Origin: Squalus acanthias
Taxonomy: Eukaryota
Assembly (NCBI GenBank): GCA_030390025.1
Contig: CM059434.1
Span: 130,510,001 to 130,574,000, forward strand
DNA: 64,000 nucleotides
Direction: 5' to 3'
Shown here: one piece after another, positions 12,409 to 23,632 of the stretch
Layout of the letters: each line of letters begins with the position of its first letter
Numbering within the stretch: position 1 is the first letter of the stretch
Notes under the pieces: generated by a model
What the model was told of the DNA's origin: nothing
The model's input: only the letters and a program-made list of their open reading frames with translations
Database searches by the model: none
Made by a program: the position numbers and the translations under genes

Positions 12409-14590
12409 ATAATAACACTTTTGTACGATATTAACAAGGAGAAAGACATTAATAAACTTGCAGAATGGGCGTGTAATTGGCAAATGAACTTCAATAAAAA
12501 TAATTGTGATGTGACACATTTTGGTAGGAAGGATAAGGAGGCCACATACTCCTTGGAAAATAAGGGCTGAAATGGCGGCAGCCGCTCTTTTGCCAGCTGG
12601 TGACGGGTCCCGCGGCGGCCACCATATTCGTCTCCCTCTTTGCGTTGCTGGTAACGGCCAGTGCCCTGCAAAAGAAAATGGCGGCTTTGTGACATCAATC
12701 AGTGTGCAACGTCGACTTAACGTCACCAACGCGAACATCGACCTTTCAGCGCTGGGTCCTAAGCACGCCAGCTTAACCTGGCATGCAAGCAGGCTGACAG
12801 AGACGATGTCTGCAGTTCTTAAAGGGACACACACATCATTTGGGGATGTTTAAATTTAAGGGTTTGGACTTTTTTTTAAATTTTATTGAAGTGGTGGCTT
12901 GCTGCAATAGATGTGAAAAGTTTTTTAAGTGTGTAGGGAGTGCTGCTGGACGCTTGCAAGGGTTTGGATGGTAAATAAAGGCCTTTGAGAAGACAGAACA
13001 TGCTACGAATTCTCAGCAGATCACGCAACATCCGTGGAGAGAAAAACAGAGTTCATGTCTCAGGTCGACATGCTGCCTGACCAACTGAGTATTTCCAGCA
13101 TTTTATGCTGTCATTTCATATTTACAGCATCCGCTTGCAGAGGGAAGAGGAAGACACAGAAGAGGAAGATGCAGAAGAGGAGGAAGCCAAAGAGGAGGAA
13201 TCAGATGGAAGGATGCATCCGAGACAGCCCCTTTGTGGCCGAGATATCCGGGATGGAATCATCCGCCTGCAGTCCCACTGGCTGGGCAGGCTGCCTCTTC
13301 TTGTTGACCCACTGGCTGGGCAGGCTGCATTTCTTGGGTGTGTGAAATGAGGAAGGCACAAGGGTGGAGTTGTGCTGACGGGAGGGCGGGAAAGCAAGAG
13401 GTGCATGCCAGAAGGAGGATAACGTACGAGAATACCAGCATCTTGTATCCTTTCAGCCCCACCACATTTGGAACTTCTTTTAAATATTGAATATTTCTTA
13501 AAAGGCAGAAAGGGCTGAAAAATGTGTTGATTCACTGCATTTTATTTTGTATTGCTGCAGTGTGCGTGGCCCCTTTAATTCTCAGACCTCTTCATTGTCC
13601 ACCATTCCCTGCGAGCTCCACAGCTTCGCTCCCATTGGCTGCGGGAAGCTGCAACGCCGGACCTGGACAGAAACTTCGTCCCGGATCCCACCAGCATCAC
13701 CACCAGGACGGCATTGCACGGAAGGTGAGTGCTGCGCCACCTATCTCCATGCCCCCCCAGACCAATTTCACTCGGTTAGTGTTGCGGCCATTTCCAGCGG
13801 CCGTTAACTGCAGTTGCCGGTGACACTGACAACTTTGCTGGCGAACATGAATTTTTCCCCCTAAGTGTCTAAATGGGGTAGAGGAACAGAGGAATCTGGG
13901 GGTACAGATACACTGATCGCTAAAAGTAGCGCTGCCGGTTAATAAGGCCATAAAAAAGCAAACACGGCACTGGGGTTTATTTTGAGAGGGATAGAATTGA
14001 AAAGCAGAGAAGTTATGTTAAACTTGTATAGAACCTTGGTTAGACCACACTTGGAGTACTGTGCGCAGTTCTGGTCTCCATATTACAGAAAGGATATAGA
14101 GGCACTAGAGAAGGTGCATAAAATATTTACTAGAATGATACCAGAACTGCGAGTTTATACCTACCAGGAAAGATTGAACAGGCTCGGGCTCTTTTCTCTA
14201 GCAAAGAGAAGACTGAGGGGTCACCTGATAGAGGTCTTTAAGATTATGAAAGGGTTTGATAGGGTAGACGTAGAGAAGATGTTTCCACTTGCGGGCAAGA
14301 CCAGATCTAGCAGCTATAAATACAGGATAGTCACTAATAAATCCAATAGGGAATGCAGGAGAAACCTCTTTACCCAGAGAGTGGTTAGAATGTGGAACTC
14401 GCTACCACAAGGAGTAGTTGAGGCGAATAGCATAGATGCATTTAAGGGGAAGCTAGAGAAACACATGAGGGAGAAAGGAATAGAAGGTTATGTTGATGGG
14501 GTGAGAGATGAAAAAGGGTGTGAGGAGGCCTGTGTGGAGCATAAACACCAGCATAGACCTGTTGGGCCGAATGTGCTATTTATACTATGT
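12409..14590 (+). mobile_element. CR1 LINE fragment split by a Harbinger-like insertion at 12564-13861
   Basis: TACTCCTTGGAAAATAA|GTGTCTAA is contiguous in the sister copy at ~61246-61270; ORF 13982..14641. Confidence 0.85.
12564..13861 (+). mobile_element. PIF/Harbinger-like non-autonomous DNA transposon
   Basis: TAA target duplication (12561-12563 / 13862-13864), GGG...CCC imperfect termini, acidic transposase-like remnant at ~13140-13270. Confidence 0.65.
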
Positions 14591-14624
14591 AAGTGTTTAG
14601 TTCCATTGAATTACACTGAGCATC

Positions 14625-15235
14625 GATCCTGGGCTTCATAAATAGAGGCACAGAGTACAGAAGCAAGGAAGTTATAATGAACCTTTATAAAACACTGGAT
14701 CAGCCTCAACTGGAGTACGGTGTCCAGTTCTGGGCACCGCACTTAAGGAAGGATGTGAAGGCCTGAGAGGGTGCAGAAAAGATTTACAAAAATGGTTCCA
14801 GGGATGAGGGACTTCAGTTACGTGGATAGACTGGAGAAGCTAGGGTTGTTCTCCTTAGGGGAGAAGGCTGAGAGGAGATTTGATCAAGGTGTTCAAAATC
14901 ATGAGGGGTCTGGACAGAGTAGGTAAAGAGAAACTGTTCCCATTGGCGGAAGGGTCGAGAACCAGAGGTCACAGATTTAAGGTGATTGGCAGAAGAACCA
15001 AAGGCGACATGAGGAAAAACTTTTTTTACGTAGCAAGTGGTTTAGGATCTGGAATGCACTGCCTGAAAGGGTGGTGGAGGCAGACTCAATCGTGGCTTTC
15101 AACAAGGGAATTGGATAAGTACCTGAAGAGGAAAAAACAGGGAAAGGGCGGGGGGGAGTGGGACTAGCAGAAGTGCTCTTGCAGGGAGCCGGCAGGGGCT
15201 CGCGGGGCCGAGTGGCCTCCTTCTGTGCTGTAACC
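14625..15235 (+). mobile_element. CR1 LINE 3' fragment (different subfamily)
   Basis: IKVFKIMRGLDRVGKEKLFPLAEGSRTRGHRFKV. Confidence 0.8.
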
Positions 15236-15237
15236 TA

Positions 15238-15455
15238 TGTGAGAAGTCGCACAACACCAGGTTATAGTCCAACAGTTTTATTTGAAATCACGAGCTTTCG
15301 GAGCGCTGCTCCTTCGTCAGGTGAAGTGAAGGAATACGAATCGGCAAAGCATATATAGACAGAGAACAATGCCTGTGTAGCGTACAATGTCAGACGACTA
15401 CAGTTAATCTTTCTGACTGCCTTTTCTCACACCTCGGCAGAGAAACAATCAGGAA
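15238..15455 (-). mobile_element. Penelope-like family-A arm with hammerhead motif
   Basis: Near-identical to 21745-21950; contains a minus-strand CUGACGA..GAAA core. Confidence 0.75.
15288..15324 (-). ncRNA. Minimal type-I hammerhead ribozyme motif
   Basis: Minus strand reads UCAC-CUGACGA-A-GGAGC agc GCUCC-GAA-AGCU-C-GUGA: stems I and II, palindromic AGCU in place of stem III, UC cleavage site. Confidence 0.65.
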
Positions 15456-15483
15456 GGCATTATATTAAAGACATAGCAAGATA

Positions 15484-15758
15484 AAAATGAGAAGTCGCAC
15501 AACACCAGGTTATAGTCCAACAGTTTTATTTAAAATTACGAGCTTTCGGAGAGCTTTGATGTAGGGAAAGATTTAATCTATGCATTTTCTCTGTGTTTTT
15601 ATATTCTGTGAATTCTGATAGATTCTCTCACAGTAACTTTGCCTGACGAAGGGGCGACAGCTCCGAAAGCTTGTAATTTTAAATAAATCTGTTGGACTAT
15701 AACCTGGTGTTGTGCGACTTCTCATTTTTGTCCACCCCAGTCCAACACCGGCATCTCC
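15484..15758 (+). mobile_element. Penelope-like family-A fold-back insertion
   Basis: Inverted arms ~15483-15551 / 15661-15728, 3' tail, flanking GCAAGATA duplication; plus-strand hammerhead at 15639-15676. Confidence 0.75.
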
Positions 15759-15874
15759 GCAAGATACAACTAAGACAATGAGGTGGGGGTCCACAGGGGG
15801 GTCTAATGTGTCAAATGCAGTCTGTATGGAAAACCATAAACTTTAAACATTTTACTGGGGGGGGGGGGGAATGG

Positions 15875-16060
15875 AAGAGGGATTACGTCAGCCTGTGGGT
15901 GGGCTAGACGCCGAACGTCAGCCTTTGCGTGCTTACGTCGTGCGTGGTGGTGGGGGGAGGGGGGAGCGGGGAGCGGGGAGCGAGGGATTACGTCACCGTG
16001 CGCGGCCAGCCGCCGTGCGCAGCCAGCCAGAGAGAGCGAGAGGGGGAGGGGCGGGACAGG
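15875..16060 (+). promoter_or_regulatory. NRF1: NRF1 CpG-rich promoter with CRE/ATF-like sites and a GC box
   Basis: TTACGTCA at 15883 and 15988, ACGTCA at 15915, TTACGTCG at 15933, GGGGCGGGA at ~16048; CpG-dense unique sequence directly upstream of the exon-1 donor. Confidence 0.75.
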
Positions 16061-16119
16061 CTCTGGCAGCGCAGGCACACACAGACCGAGTTCCAGGCCT
16101 TCGGCGCAGCCGCTCTGAG
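16020..16119 (+). other. NRF1: NRF1 non-coding exon 1 (5' UTR; start approximate)
   Basis: Ends GGCGCAGCCGCTCTGAG|GTTAGT; this matches my recollection of the mammalian NRF1 5' UTR (...GCAGCCGCTCTGAG|AACTTCATG). Confidence 0.7.
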
Positions 16120-17744
16120 GTTAGTGCTCACCGCGCATTCTCCAAATTTCAGCCCTGGCGCAGTCGCAAATCGGACCCCAAAAAGCTGCCCGGCCGCAGA
16201 AACGGGGTTTTTACTTCATAAAAGGACGGGAAAGAGTGCCGAGAGTGGCTTTTGGACGGGCGGGGGAAAGAGCTTAGATGCCAATCCAAGGGGGCCTAGG
16301 CCGCACTAGGCCTGCCTGTTACCAGGGCTGGATTTTGGCGGGACTAAGGGAGGAGGAAGAAAGGAGAGAGAGTGTGTGTGGGGGAATAAACTCTTTAGCA
16401 CTGAACAGGCTTGAGAGAAGGAGCAGAGATCCTCCATCACGCGGCCTGGGCCCTGCACCTAATGAAGGCTCTTGTAGATTATTAATTTTTTTTAAAAATA
16501 CGAATTAATGCTTCAGGGTTTATTCCCGCAGCTCCCAAACTCCTAAATATTTCTGTTCAAAATGGGTCCCAGGGAGGAGTTTTTTTTTAAAACAGTGCTG
16601 CAATTCAAGGGGTTCCTTCCTAGTCATCATTGGGCTTTTTAATGTATTTAAAAATCAATAACAAATCATATCGATTGACGTGGAGTTCAACAGAATTGAA
16701 GGATTGTCGAACATGTTTGCATTTTATAACTAAGCAAAACAAAATTGAGCTCTGACTTTGCAAAGATTGTGTATCGATTTGTTTATTTATTGGGGTAGAT
16801 TTGGAAGATTTGTCATCCTTTTATGCATTTAAAAAAATGTTTTTATTTTCAATTCTGTAAGAATATTGTGGTTTTATAAGGTGCTTGAAGTGAGTGGAGT
16901 TTTTTTTAATCTACTAAATTCAGTGTTATTAAAGTTCTGTAGCTCACTGGATATTTTGAGAATACTTAATGATTCAAATTGATTTAAAAAAATAAATAAA
17001 ATGCCTCTTCTAAATTAGCTTATGTGTAAAATAAGATTTTTAAATGGGGTAAGTCTTTGAATCAAAAGTCTGAGGATTTTGTTTCTGTTTGTAATGTCCT
17101 TCACCTGATTGGATTTTGAAGATCCTTGACTACTATTTTTTTCTTGTTTGCATGTATACAATTAGACCAATTTCTTGTGTGTCTAACTTGCGATCTTGCG
17201 GAGATAAAAATATTAAAATATATCAGAAGCACAGAAGAGGAGCAAAAAAAGGACTGATAGGTTTTAGTGAGTATGAAAAAAAAGACTGGTGGCTAACAAT
17301 GGTTAATAGGAAAGGCTTTTATAAATGTCTAAAGCAAGAGGGTAGTTAAAGAAGGGGTGGAGCTACTGAAAGATGAAGAATATCTTAAATAGAGAATAAA
17401 GGGATTGCAGAGATGCCTAACCAGTATTTGACGGAATGATTGAAAGAGTACCAGAGGAGAGAGTGGAGGAACTGCTAATATATAAACTCTATTAAAAGGG
17501 TTAATGAGACTTAGTTGACAAGTCTCCAGGACCAGATGGTTTACACTCCAGAATAACAAGGGAAGTTAGTGATGAAATAAAAGAGGTGTTAACCATAATT
17601 TACTAAAATTCTTTGGAAGTGGGTATTGCAAATTGTACCAAAGGACTGGAATTATAGACCAGTTAGCCCCCAGTCAATACAAGGAAAGCTGCTAGAGACC
17701 ATAAAATGGGATAAACAGTGAATGTTTATGAAGGTGCAGGCTAA

Positions 17745-18565
17745 TCAGGGACAGTCCAATTAAATATTGGGAAGACCGAAGCCATTTTATTCGGGCCCTG
17801 CCACAAACTCCGTTCCCTAGCCACCGACTCATCCCTCTCCCTAGCATCTGTCTGAGGCTGAACCAGACTGTTCACAACCTTGGTGTCATATTTGACCCTG
17901 AAATGAGCTTCCGACCACATATCCGTGGCATAACTAAGACCGCCTATTTCCACCTCTGTAACATTGCCAGTCTCTGCCCCGCATCAGCTCATCTGCTGCT
18001 GAAACCCTCATCCATGCCTTTGTTACCTCTAGACTTTACTTCCAACGCACTCCTGGCTGGCCTCCCACATTCTACCCTATGTAAACTTGAGGTCATCCAA
18101 AACTCAGCTGCCCGTGTCCTAACTCGCACCAAGTCCTGTTCACCCGTCACCCCTGCTCGCTGACCTACATTGGCTTCCGGTTAAGCAGAGCCTCGATTTC
18201 AAAATTCTCATGTTTGTTTTCAAATCCCACCATGGCCTTGCCCCTCCCTATCTCTGTAATCTCCTTCAGCCCCACAACACCCTGAGATATCTGCGCTCCT
18301 CACATTCAGCCCTCTTGAGCATCCCTGATTATAATCGCTCAACCATCTGTGGCCGTGCCTTCAGCTGCCTGAAGCCCTAAGCTCTGGAACTCCCTCCCTA
18401 AACCTCTCTTTTCCTCCTTTTAAGACGCTCCTTAAAACCTACTACTTTGACCAAGCTTTTGGTCATCTGCCCTAATTTTGTGGCTCGGGTCAATTTTTTG
18501 TCTTACAGCACTTCTGTGAAGTGCCTTGGGGCATTTTACTACGTTAAAGTCGCCATATAAATACA
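17745..18565 (+). mobile_element. L2 LINE 3' fragment
   Basis: KTAYFHLCNIA...LEVIQNSAARVLTRTK; LHWLPV-type motif; L2 tail. Confidence 0.8.
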
Positions 18566-18566
18566 A

Positions 18567-21140
18567 GTTAAATCAAATTGGGCAGGGCAGCCTTGAGGAA
18601 GAGTTTATTGAGTGTATTAGGGATGGATTTGTTGAGCAGTATGTAACTGATTCTACAAGGGGGCAAGCAACCTTGGACCTGGTCCTGTGTAATGAGTCAG
18701 GATTAATTAATAATGTCCTAGTTAAGGATCCCCTTGGAATGAGTGACCATAACATGGTTGAATTCCATATCCAATTAGAGGGTGAGAAGGTTGGTTCTCA
18801 AACAAGCGTACTGAGATTGAATAAAGGAGACTATGAAGGTATGAGAGCGGAATTGATTAAAGTGGACTGGGAAAATAGATTAAAGGGTAAGACGGTACAT
18901 GAGCAGTGGTGTTCATTTAAGGAGTTATTTTACAACTTTCAAAAAAATATCTATTCCACTGAGGAAAAAAGGGTGCAAAAGAAATGACAGCCATCCGTGG
19001 CTAAGTAAAGAAATTAAGGATAGTATCCGACTAAAAACAAGGACATATAAGGTAGCCAAACTTAGTGGGAGGATAGAAGATTGGGAAGTCTTCAAAAGAC
19101 AGCAAAAAGTAACTAAAGGATTGATTAAGAAAGGGAAGATAGATTATGAAAATAAATTAGCAAAAATATAAAAACAGATAGCAAGAGTTTCTATAGTTAT
19201 ATAAAAAGAAAAAGGGTGGCTAAGGCAAACGTTGGTCCCTTAGAGGATGAGACCGGGAAATTAATGGTGGGAAACATGGAGATGGCAAAAATGCTGAACA
19301 AATATTTTGTTTCAGTCTTTACGGTAGAGGACACTAAGAATATCCCAACACTGGACAAACAGGGGGCTCTAGGGGGTGGGGGAGGAGCTAAATACGATTA
19401 AAATCACTAAGGAATTGGTACTCAGTAAAATAATGGGACTCAAGGCGGATAAATCCCCTGGACCTGATGGCTTACATCCTAGGGTCTTGAGGGAAGTGGC
19501 AGTAGAGATTGTGGATGCTTTGGTAATTTTCCAAAATTCCCTGGACTCAGCAAAGGTTCCGGCAGATTGGAAAACTGCTAATGTAACACCCTAATGTAAC
19601 ACCCTTATTTAAAAAGGGTAGTAGGCAGAAGGCTGGAAATTATAGACCAGTTAGCCTAACATCTGTGGTGGGTAAAATTTTGGAGTCCATTATTAAGGAG
19701 ACAGTAACGGAACATTTAGATAAACATAATTTAATAGGACAAAGTCAGCATGGCTTTATGAAGGGGAAGTCATGTCTGACAAATTTGCTTGAGTTCTTTG
19801 AGGACATAACGTACAGGGTGGATAAAGGGGAACCAGTGGACGTAGTGTATTTAGACTTCCAGAAGGCATTCGACAAGGTGCCACATAAAAGATTATTGCT
19901 CAAGATAAAAAATCACTGGATTGGGGGTAATATTCTGGCATGGGTGGAGGATTGGTTATCTAACAGGAAGCAGAGAGTTGGGATAAATGGTTCATTCTCG
20001 GACTGGCAACCAGTAGCCAGTGGTGTTCCGCAGGGGTCGGTGCTGGGTCCCCAACTCTTTACAATCTATATTAACGATTTGGAGGAGGGGGCCGAGTGTA
20101 ACATATCAAAGTTTGCAGATGATACAAAGATGGGAGGGAAAGTAGAAAGTGAGGAGGACATAAAAAACCTACAAGGGGACATAGACAGGCTGGGTGAGTG
20201 GGTGGAATTTGGCAGATGCAATACAATATTGGAAAATGTGAGGTTATACACTTTGGCAGGAAAAATCAGAGAGCAAGTTATTATCTTAATGGCGAGAAAC
20301 TGGAAAGTACTGCAGTACAAAGGGATCTGGGGGTCCTAGTGCAAGAAAATCAAAAAGTTAGTATGCAGGTGCAGCAGGTGATCAAGAAGGCCAACGGAAT
20401 GTTGGCTTTTATTGCTAGGGGGATAGATTATAAAAACAGGGAGGTATTGCTGCAGTTATATAAGGTATTGGTGAGACCGCACCTGGAATACTGCATACAG
20501 TTTTGGTGTCCATACTTAAGAAAAGACATACTTGCTCTCGAGGCAGTACAAAGAAGGTTCACTCGGTTAATCCCGGGGATGAGGGGGTGGACATATGAGG
20601 AGAGGTTGAGTAGATTGGGACTCTACTCATTGGAGTTCAGAAGAATGAGAGGCGATCTTATTGAAACATATAAGATTGTGAAGGGGCTTGATCGGGTGGA
20701 TGCGGCAAGGATGTTCCCAAGGATGGGTGAAACTAGAACTAGGGGGCATAATCTTAGAATAAGGGGCTGCTCTTTCAAAACTGAGATGAGGAGAAACTTC
20801 TTCACTCAGAGGGTAGTAGGTCTGTGGAATTTGCTGCCCCAGGAAGCTGTGGAAGCTACATTATTAAATAAATTTAAAACAGAAATAGACAGTTTCCTAG
20901 AAGTAAAAGGAATTAGGGGTTACGGGGAGCGGGCAGGAAATTGGACATGAGGCTGAGTTCGGATCGGTCAAGGCCCTGTGGGTGGCAGAGCGGGCCCAGG
21001 GGCTGAGTGGCCGGGTCCTGCTCCTACTTGTGTTCTTTCGATTTGAGGTTAGGATCAGATCAGCCATGATCTTATTGAATGGCGGAGCAGCTTCGAGGGG
21101 CCAATTGGCCTACTCCTGCTCCTATTTCTTTGTTCTTATG
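18567..21140 (+). mobile_element. CR1 LINE, long disrupted ORF2 remnant
   Basis: LDLV/SDHN, KSPGPDG, QHGF, DFQKAFD, GVPQGSVLGP and KFADD motifs; frameshifts include a 13-bp tandem duplication at 19578-19603. Confidence 0.93.
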
Positions 21141-21707
21141 TAAGTTGTTGTAATCAGGGACAGTCAGCACAAATTTGAAAGGACAGGTTATGATTTACTG
21201 AATGGAATTCTTTTAAGGAAATTGGCATGGAAGAGCTTTAAGTTGAAGACCCTTGGTATTAAAGGTAAAAATATGAGCACAGATAGCGGGATGGCTGAAG
21301 GAGTCAAAGCAGAGTAAGTGTAAATGGATGTTTCTTGGATTGGCAAGATGTAGCTCATGGTATGCTTCAGGGATCTGTGTTGCACCTTCTTGGCTCAGTG
21401 GTAGCACTTGCTTCTGAGAGGTTGTGGCTTCAAGCTTTACTGAAGAATATACAACCTAGGCTAACACTTCAGTGTAGTACTGAGGGAGTGCTACATTATC
21501 AAAGGTGCTGCATTTTGGATGAGACATTAAACTGAGGTCCTGCATGTTCAAATGGATATATAGTGCCACTATTGGAAGAAGTACATCAACAAAACATATT
21601 ATCTGATTGTTTATCTCTTGCTGTTTGTGGAACCTTGCTGGGTGTAAATTGGCGGGTGTAAATTGGCTGCTGTAACAGCAGTGACTTTAATTCTAAGTAA
21701 TTTATTG

Positions 21708-21957
21708 ATGCGGAGATGCCGGTGTTGGACTGGGGTGGACAAAAGTGAGAAGTCGCACAACACCAGCAGTTTTATTTGAAATCACAAGCTTTCGGAGCTG
21801 CTGCTCCTTCATCAGGTGAAGTGAAGGAATACAAATCGGCAAAGCATATATAGACAGAGAACAATGCCTGTGCAACGTACAATGTCAGACGACTACAGTT
21901 AATCTTTCTGACTGCCTTTTATCACGCCTCGGCAGAGAGACAATCAGGTCAGTCAGG
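21708..21957 (-). mobile_element. Penelope-like family-A insertion inside an old SINE
   Basis: 13-bp duplication AAGTAATTTATTG at 21695-21707 / 21958-21970; minus-strand hammerhead at 21782-21819. Confidence 0.8.
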
Positions 21958-22064
21958 AAGTAATTTATTGGCATTGTAGTGCTTTGGGACGTCCCGAGGG
22001 CATGAAAGGTGCTACATAAATACAAGTTTGTTCTTTTCCCCTCCTTACACATAAATTATTTGGA

Positions 22065-22405
22065 TATAATGGGAGTTTTGATGAGAGTAAATAGGGAGAA
22101 ACTGTTTCCACTGGCAGGAGGGTCTGTAACCAGAGGTCAGATTTAAGATAATTGGCAAAAAAAAATCCAGGGGGGGAAATGAGAATTATTTTTTTTACAG
22201 TGAGTTGTTGTGATCCGGAATGCACTGCCTGAAAGGGTGGTGGAAGCAGATTCAGTGGTAACTTTCAAAAGGGATTGGATAAATACTTGAGAAGGAGAGA
22301 TTTGCAGGGTGATGGGGAAAGAGCAGGGGAGTGGAACTAATTGGATAGCTCTTTCAATGAGCCGGCACAGACACGATGGGCCAAATGGCCTCCTGTGCTG
22401 TATGG
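22065..22405 (+). mobile_element. CR1 3' end
   Basis: GAGAAACTGTTTCCACTGGCAGGAGGG...CR1 tail. Confidence 0.75.
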
Positions 22406-23330
22406 GTAAGGAGACCAAAACTGCACATAGTACTCCAGGTGTGGTCTCACCAAAGCCCTATATAATTGCAGCCAGACTACCTTACTGTTACTCTTATTTC
22501 ACTGCCTGTGAAGTGTTTTGGGATGTCGTGGGGACTTGGAAAAATGCTGTATATCTAGGCAAGCTGTTTCCTTTGTCCAAGTTTTCTACTGAAGTTTATT
22601 TTACAGTGCGACATGAATTGGTGCTGCTAGCGAGATATTGATGGTTACGGAGGATCTGGAGGGCTAGAATAAATGTCTTGCACACTTCCTTTTATTTGTG
22701 CAATGGCTGAAAAGTGTCGTTGCTAAGACAACAACTTTCACTTATATAGTGCCATTAAGGGAGTAAAATATCCCAAGGTGTTTCATGGTGGCAATGATGG
22801 AATGGATGCTTGAACTGTATAACCACTGCAATTGGACCAACAGGCACTGAGAAGCAATTGCATGATTTTGACTCTCTTATTCAGTATGATATTTGCATAT
22901 CTACTTGTGACATTTGCTTTTTGAATGCAAATTCCTTTTGCAAGGTGACTTTTGCAGTTGTTGCTTCCATTTGTTATTTAATGAATAGCAGCTAATTGTC
23001 AGGTCTTTTTCTTTTTTCTAAAGCCAGAGAGAACTTGCCTTCAGGACATCCAAAGCACATCACAGGCAGTGAATTACCTTTTGAAGTGTAGTCACTGTTA
23101 CATAGGTAAACGTGGTCGCCAATTAACGCTTGGTCCCACAAATAGCTGATGGGCTGCTTTTCATCGAGATTGTCCAAACTTAATTCCCATAAAACCCTAC
23201 AGCCAGCAGTGAGCGCGAGCCTGGTCTGAATTGGAACCTACGTTATCTGTGGTGATCAGGAAAGTCTAACCTTACCATCTGCTTTTGGTGGTGGTAGCTG
23301 AGACAGAGCTCCCTGCTCCTCTTCAAACAA

Positions 23331-23540
23331 AATTGAGAGGTCGCACAACACCAGGTTATAGTCCAACAGTTTTATTTGAAATCACAAGCTTTCGGAGCTT
23401 ACTACTCCTTCGTCGGGTCGAAGGAGTAGTAAGCTCCGAAAGCTTGTGATTTCAAATAAAACTGTTGGACTATAACCTGGTGTTGTGCGACCTCTCAATT
23501 TTGTCCACCCCAGTCCAACACCGGCATCTCCGCATCATGA
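23331..23540 (+). mobile_element. Penelope-like family-A fold-back insertion (perfect 86-bp inverted repeat)
   Basis: Arms 23327-23412 / 23419-23504, 36-nt tail, 13-bp duplication CCTCTTCAAACAA (23318-23330 / 23541-23553). Confidence 0.85.
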
Positions 23541-23583
23541 CCTCTTCAAACAATGCATGGAATCTTTTGCGTTCATCTGAATA

Positions 23584-23632
23584 TGATGTGGAGATGCCGG
23601 CGTTGGACTGGGGTGGACAAAAATGAGAAGTC
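23584..23632 (-). mobile_element. 49-bp family-A 3'-terminal insertion
   Basis: Family-A tail flanked by TTCATCTGAATA (23572-23583 / 23633-23644). Confidence 0.75.

Noticed and set aside
13105-13350. Acidic ORF as a host exon
   Set aside because: Lies inside a TAA-flanked transposon within a CR1; no exon context
15803-16508. Overlapping GC-rich ORFs at the promoter
   Set aside because: By-product of CpG-island composition; no recognisable protein
18526-20950. Functional reverse transcriptase gene
   Set aside because: CR1 ORF2 is broken by stops and frameshifts and is 5'-truncated; the same holds for 8725-11335
23327-23504. Pre-miRNA or MITE interpretation of the long hairpins
   Set aside because: Multi-copy with an asymmetric tail, variable 12-15 bp duplications and a hammerhead core, which fits Penelope-like retro-insertions better
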